The notes under the pieces were generated by a model. It saw only the letters and a program-made list of their open reading frames with translations, made no database searches and was not told the origin of the DNA. Source: an uncultured virus (IMG/VR IMGVR_UViG_3300027906_000005) (Duplodnaviria; Heunggongvirae; Uroviricota; Caudoviricetes). From it: 64,000 nucleotides of DNA. The translations under genes were made by a program, and so were the position numbers. Positions 58,529 to 64,000 of the stretch are shown here, piece after piece (position 1 is the stretch's first letter; the number at the start of each line of letters is the position of its first letter). The DNA is taken from IMG/VR virus record IMGVR_UViG_3300027906_000005; one strand, 5' to 3'.

Positions 58529-61500
58529 TTTAGAAGACGGCGAGGTAGCCCTTAATATAGTTGATCAAAAATTATACGCCAGAAATGGTGCAGCAATAGT
58601 TGAGGTCGCTAACCAAAAACCAAATGTAGGTGAGGTTACTACGGCAATGTTTGCCACGGACGTTACTAATGGTCCTGGTGGTACTTGGTATGTCAATAAA
58701 AATGGTGCAGACACCACTACGCTCACTAACTCAGGTGCTGGAGGTAAGCATCAAGACACAGCATTCTTAACAATAACTAAAGCCCTTAGTGTAGCTACTT
58801 CTGGGGATACAATTGTAGTTGGTGTAGGTAGCTATCAGGAAGTCTTCCCGATGACTATACCTGATGGTGTAACTCTACGTGGTACTAATTTACGTTCGAC
58901 TGAAGTATATCCAACTGGCGCGACAAATAATAATAACGCATTTATTCTTTCAGGGGATTGCCATATCTCTGACTTGACAATTAAAGGTTTCCAATATGAT
59001 AGTGGCAACGATAAGGGATATGCATTTGTTCTAGTAGCATCTAAGGACTCAGTTAAGAGTCCATATGTTGAAAGAGTTACTGTATCTACCAAGGGTAGTG
59101 TAGTTTCTGGTTCTGATCCATATGGATTTGCACAAGCTGATGCTGGACGTGGTGCCCTATTAGATGGTGCTCAAGTAGATTCTGGTTCACAACATGCTGC
59201 TGTACTCTTTAATGAGTGTACATTCATCACTCCAAACCAAGTTGGTATTAAAGTAACTAATGGTATTCGTGTTGAATGGTTAAATTCATTTAACTATTTT
59301 GCTTCTATTGGTATCCAAGGTGTACAGGGAGCAACAGGTAAGTATGGTACAGGTAATACTCGATTAAAATTAGGTGGTGTTAGTGGAACTTTTGCTACTT
59401 CTGAGATAGCATATCAGTTAGAGGATAGTTTCCAGTCTGGTACATATACTCGTGCTGGAACCACAGTTACCTTAACAAGAACTGGACATGGTTTATTAAC
59501 CAATGATTACATCTATGCAGACTTTATCAGTGGTGGTGCTACAGATAACTTCTATCAAGTTACTAAAGTAGATGCTAACGTTGTTACATTTACTGATTCA
59601 GCATCTGGTACAATCACTGCCAATAACGTAACCTACAAGAAAGCAGTAGGTCGTGGTGTTGTTGCAAGTAATGATGGTACTTACGTTTATATTACTGGTA
59701 AGGGAACAGGTACATTTACTACCGCACTTAAAGCAGTAAAGGTATTAAGTAGATTTGGTGATACCCAGATCGATACTGCACAAAAGAAATTTGGAAGTGG
59801 ATCACTTCTATTTGACGGTACGCAAGATAATTTAATGGTACCATCTGGAGAGGACTTCGGATTTGGTACTTCAAACTTCTGTATGGAGGCATTCATACGT
59901 CCAGCAAGTGTTTCTGGCATACAACATATATTTGACCTTAGAAACGCTTCTGCTACAGACACAGCAGGTAAGCTTTACTTGAATGGTACTGCACTTCATT
60001 ATGGTGTGGGTAACGCATCCACTCGTACTGGTGGTACTTTATCTACAGGTACATGGTATCATGTTGCTGTTGCAAGAAATGCTGGAACTACAAAACTATT
60101 CCTTGATGGTGTAGAGTTAGCAACTGGTGCTGACACTAATGACTATGGAGTTGAAAAACCTGTAGCAATAGGTTCAAACTACGATACTACTGCTCCAGCT
60201 GAGGCATTCAATGGACATATTGATGAGGTAAGATTCAGTAAGGGTGCTGCCCGTTTCACTGGTGCATTTACTCCTACAACATCTGCATATACTTCAGATA
60301 ACAATACTGTACTATTACTACATGCTAACGGTGACGACGCTACTACGACATTTACAGATGAATCTGGTGGTACTAGCGATATTCGTTCTAGCGGTGGAGA
60401 TAGTGCTACTTCAGTAACTACTGCTGACTATTCAGCATTTGGTGCTGAGTTACGTTCAGTTGCTTCTGCATGTGTATACGGTACTAAAGGTGTACAGGCA
60501 GATGGATCTGGTGTTAAGTTCCTTCTAACTGCTCACAACTTTGCATATGTTGGTGCTGGTTCTGACTATACCAATGACCCATCATTAGCAGTTCAAGTTA
60601 ACGAAGTAGAAGAATTAAATAACGGTCAAGTACTTTATTCATCAACTGACCAAGACGGTGACTTCCGTGTTGGTGATGCATTTACAGTTGATCAAGCAAC
60701 GGGTAATGTATCTTTCGCAGCAACATCGACTGCTCAGTCTGCTGCAAATATTACATTAACTGACGGAACTGGTACTACAAACATTTATCCTGCATACGTT
60801 GAAACAGGAAACTTACGTCTAGCAGGTAACAGTCTAACATCAACATCAGGTAAGATCATCCTTGACCCTGCTGGTGACCAAGATATTACACTTAATGGTC
60901 AGGTAGTTTGCCCAGAAAACATCTACTTTGACTCTAATAGAATTGCTTCCATGATTGGAACTGGTAATTCTTCTTGTGCATTTACGGTTGGTACCTTTGC
61001 TCAAGCAGGATTCTCCTCTTATGGTATCTACTCCAACAAGAACTTCGGTGTTAATAAGAAAGCACTTGATGATACTGGAAGTGGTATAACGATAGCCAAT
61101 GAAGGTTCTGGATACACTCCAGGTGCTTACAGTGCTGCTCTACTATCAAACCCAGATCAAGTTGCTACCGCAACTGCTACATTAGCAACTAATGGTCTGC
61201 TTGGTGACATTACGGTTACTGCTGGTGGTTCATTATATACAGCTAACCCAGAGGTTACTACTGGTACTGCTCCTGTTTCAGGATCAACAACATTCCTAGC
61301 TTCTTTGAGTGCTTGTGGTTCTGTTGCGAAGGTTGTACCTATTGCCCCAGGTGGTTCTGGATATACATCACCTACAGGAACATTTACTGCTCCACCTGAT
61401 AGACAGTTTGATGCTAACACTGCTATTGCAAACAATGCAATTACATTTACTCAGACTAACTTTAAGAATGGTGATAAGGTAGTATATGACAATAATAGTA

Positions 61501-64000
61501 ATAGTGATCTAACCAACTTAACAAATGGTACAACATATTATGTTGTAAATAGAAACTCAGTAACTCATACTCTTCAACTTGCAGCAACTTCAGGTGGTAC
61601 ACCTATAGTTCTGACTGCTACTGGTGCTCAAGAACTTCACATTATTAGAGGTGAGACTGCTGTTTGTGGTGCTGTAACAGTTGCAGCAGGTGCAATTACA
61701 GCAGTTGCTGTAACATCTGGTGGATCAGGATATACAATTGGTTCATCTCCAACTCTTACAATGAGTGAGACTGGTGCTGGAATCACAGATTGTCAATTCA
61801 CAGTATGGCTCGGTGGTGAGCTTGCATCGATACAGACTACTGGTGATGGTTTATATTCAGCAATACCAACCCTAACAGTTACAGCAAACACAACTAGTGG
61901 TGATACAACAGGTACTGGAGCGACTGCAACAGTCTCTGCATTAACATATTCTGTTGAATCTATTACATTAAACAATGGTGGATATGGATATTCAAACGTA
62001 CCAAACATCACATTCAGTGGCGGTAGTCCCGATACGGATGCTGTAGCTGCAGCAACACTAGACACTGAACTTGGTCAGGTAGGTACTATAACCTTATCTC
62101 AGGGTGGAGAAGGATATACAGCTACACCAACAGTTGTTGTTAATGGTGGTTCTGGATCTGGTGCAACTGCATCACTTACAGTCTTACCTGTTTCTGGTAC
62201 TATTACTGCTGCTGGATCTGGATACGTTGCTGGAGAATATGCCAACGTAGCATTTACTGGTGGAACTGGTACAGGTGCATCTGCAACCTTTACTGTAAGA
62301 GGACTTTTCGGAAATATTACCGCAGGTACTGGTGGTACTGCTGGTGAATATATGCAGATTAATGTTGTTAATAACAACCCTACTGCTACATGGCCAGTTA
62401 CTGTTGTAACCAAACACGAATTAGCATCTACTGTTAGTGGAATCACAGGATCAGTTACCGTTGGTACAACTGCCACAGGTGCAACATCTGGTGCAACTGG
62501 TGTTGTAAGTTACGTTGGTGCCGCAGCTGCAGGTACTGATAGTTTCGTTATGTTGAATTCACCTGTCACTGGAACATTCCAAGATAATGAGGTGGTTAAC
62601 TTTGCTAGTGGTGGTAGTTTAACTACTGCTGGTACTCCTGCAGACGTTGCAAGATATTTCATTAATACTGGTTCAGGTGCTGTAGAAGCACCAAACCTAA
62701 CCATGATTAGAGGTAATACATATCGTTTTGATATGTCTGATGCAACTAATAATGGTCACCCATTCGTTATGGATGGTACATCTCAGGCTGCTACAACTGA
62801 ATTCCAAACAGTAACATATGGATCTCCTGGTGTTGCAGGATCTTTTGTAGATATTGTTGTTAAACCTGGAGCAACCATAGGTAACACTGCATATTACGAG
62901 TGTTCTACACATGGTCGTAAGATGTCAGCAAACGCATTGATCAATGTTACTGCTGGTGCTGCTGGTGAATATGGACACGGTGCACAACTTGATATCACTG
63001 TTGCAGGTGGTGGAGTTACTATAGCAACCTTCCCAACAGGTATGCAAGGATCTGACTATAAGGTCGGTGACGTTCTTAGAGTAACATCTAATGCTCTTAT
63101 TGGTAATACTTCTGGATTCTTATATACAATTACTGGTAATGATACTGGTGTCTTCAGTGTAACTGATATTCAAGCATCTGGATCTGGATATGCTGTCAGT
63201 GATGTTCTTAGTGCTGATGATGTTAACCTTGGTGATGCTGGTGGATCTGGTTTCCAATACACAGTATCTAAAGTTGGTTATGTTGGTACTGCTGAAATAG
63301 CAACTGGTAATGGTGGTGCTGGATTCTTCAGTGGTCAAACAATAGTATTTGACGACACACAGTTTAGTGGAATGGGTGCTGGTAGTAACTTTGCGATGAC
63401 CGCAAATACTATCATAACAACATCAATTACTACAATTGCTGGTGACGGTTCATTAACATCTGCAAACTACAACTTCTCTGCTGCTGGAAACTTAACAATT
63501 GGTGCTAGTGGTACAACAAGTACTTTATCATCTGACACACTAACTACTGGAACTATTCAAGCAAGTGCTAATCTTACTGCTGTAGGTGGAACATTTAGTG
63601 GAGTCTTAGGTGTTACTGGTATTTCAACATTTACTGGAAATATTGTTTGTAATGGATTAGATAACTTTGTAGAGAATATGAGAGCAGGTATCCAAGCTGG
63701 TACTGCTGCTGCTCCTTCACTATTCCTCGCTGCAGAAAATGATACTGGATTCTATAGATCTGCTGCTGATGAGATAAGCATCTCACATAGCGGAACCCAA
63801 AAGCATGTTATTAAAGCAACTGGTATAGAAACTGCTGGTGATATTATCGCTGACAGTACTATAGGTAATGCTGCTCCATTCTTTAAAGTAGATTCTACTG
63901 CTGAAACTCTTACTGTTGGTAGTGCAAATGCAGGACTTGTACTTAATAACGCTGCTGTACTAACTGCTGATGGTCAAGACGCTAATATTCCTGTCACTAT
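58467..64000 (+). CDS. Very large tail fibre protein, 3'-truncated (>1840 aa; absent from the ORF track because it has no stop in the window)
   Basis: MATRIKLKRSTTAAAVP...LEDGEVALN; beta-helix start (AFLTITKAL..GDTIVV.VG.YQE..P..IPDGVTLRG); LamG-like WYHVAVAR segment; G-S-G-Y repeats. Confidence 0.85.
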   Translation, partial: MATRIKLKRSTTAAAVPTTSNLEDGEVALNIVDQKLYARNGAAIVEVANQKPNVGEVTTAMFATDVTNGPGGTWYVNKNGADTTTLTNSGAGGKHQDTAFLTITKALSVATSGDTIVVGVGSYQEVFPMTIPDGVTLRGTNLRSTEVYPTGATNNNNAFILSGDCHISDLTIKGFQYDSGNDKGYAFVLVASKDSVKSPYVERVTVSTKGSVVSGSDPYGFAQADAGRGALLDGAQVDSGSQHAAVLFNECTFITPNQVGIKVTNGIRVEWLNSFNYFASIGIQGVQGATGKYGTGNTRLKLGGVSGTFATSEIAYQLEDSFQSGTYTRAGTTVTLTRTGHGLLTNDYIYADFISGGATDNFYQVTKVDANVVTFTDSASGTITANNVTYKKAVGRGVVASNDGTYVYITGKGTGTFTTALKAVKVLSRFGDTQIDTAQKKFGSGSLLFDGTQDNLMVPSGEDFGFGTSNFCMEAFIRPASVSGIQHIFDLRNASATDTAGKLYLNGTALHYGVGNASTRTGGTLSTGTWYHVAVARNAGTTKLFLDGVELATGADTNDYGVEKPVAIGSNYDTTAPAEAFNGHIDEVRFSKGAARFTGAFTPTTSAYTSDNNTVLLLHANGDDATTTFTDESGGTSDIRSSGGDSATSVTTADYSAFGAELRSVASACVYGTKGVQADGSGVKFLLTAHNFAYVGAGSDYTNDPSLAVQVNEVEELNNGQVLYSSTDQDGDFRVGDAFTVDQATGNVSFAATSTAQSAANITLTDGTGTTNIYPAYVETGNLRLAGNSLTSTSGKIILDPAGDQDITLNGQVVCPENIYFDSNRIASMIGTGNSSCAFTVGTFAQAGFSSYGIYSNKNFGVNKKALDDTGSGITIANEGSGYTPGAYSAALLSNPDQVATATATLATNGLLGDITVTAGGSLYTANPEVTTGTAPVSGSTTFLASLSACGSVAKVVPIAPGGSGYTSPTGTFTAPPDRQFDANTAIANNAITFTQTNFKNGDKVVYDNNSNSDLTNLTNGTTYYVVNRNSVTHTLQLAATSGGTPIVLTATGAQELHIIRGETAVCGAVTVAAGAITAVAVTSGGSGYTIGSSPTLTMSETGAGITDCQFTVWLGGELASIQTTGDGLYSAIPTLTVTANTTSGDTTGTGATATVSALTYSVESITLNNGGYGYSNVPNITFSGGSPDTDAVAAATLDTELGQVGTITLSQGGEGYTATPTVVVNGGSGSGATASLTVLPVSGTITAAGSGYVAGEYANVAFTGGTGTGASATFTVRGLFGNITAGTGGTAGEYMQINVVNNNPTATWPVTVVTKHELASTVSGITGSVTVGTTATGATSGATGVVSYVGAAAAGTDSFVMLNSPVTGTFQDNEVVNFASGGSLTTAGTPADVARYFINTGSGAVEAPNLTMIRGNTYRFDMSDATNNGHPFVMDGTSQAATTEFQTVTYGSPGVAGSFVDIVVKPGATIGNTAYYECSTHGRKMSANALINVTAGAAGEYGHGAQLDITVAGGGVTIATFPTGMQGSDYKVGDVLRVTSNALIGNTSGFLYTITGNDTGVFSVTDIQASGSGYAVSDVLSADDVNLGDAGGSGFQYTVSKVGYVGTAEIATGNGGAGFFSGQTIVFDDTQFSGMGAGSNFAMTANTIITTSITTIAGDGSLTSANYNFSAAGNLTIGASGTTSTLSSDTLTTGTIQASANLTAVGGTFSGVLGVTGISTFTGNIVCNGLDNFVENMRAGIQAGTAAAPSLFLAAENDTGFYRSAADEISISHSGTQKHVIKATGIETAGDIIADSTIGNAAPFFKVDSTAETLTVGSANAGLVLNNAAVLTADGQDANIPVT

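Noticed and set aside
141..63338. Many short minus-strand and alternate-frame ORFs inside long structural genes
   Set aside because: Shadow ORFs from codon bias; no RBS or promoter, fully nested in well-supported genes.

Overview
The window is part of a T4-like marine cyanophage genome (cyanomyovirus; P-SSM2-like gene order, inferred). It reads: split gp5 baseplate hub; a small operon with an acyl carrier protein and cpeT; a tail-fibre block ending in a gp38-like Gly-rich adhesin; an early/accessory region (about 15.6-28.5 kb); then PAAR, gp25, gp6, a 5098-aa gp7, gp8, a VrlC/DUF4815-like protein and further fibre genes, the last of which runs off the end. The accessory region holds purC, two DNA methyltransferases, a candidate PD-(D/E)xK nuclease, 2OG-Fe(II) oxygenases, a structured RNA cluster with tRNA-Thr, and many micro-ORFs on both strands. 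Most notable: (1) gp7 repeat domains are inserted inside copies of themselves, up to four levels deep, implying a branched single-chain protein; (2) a roughly 215-nt three-module structured RNA, including an H-type pseudoknot, lies between an early promoter and the tRNA; (3) a 20-bp imperfect palindrome sits 30-31 bp upstream of nine sigma70-type -10 boxes; (4) a possible phage restriction-modification pair. All calls are from reading the sequence by eye; no searches were run.
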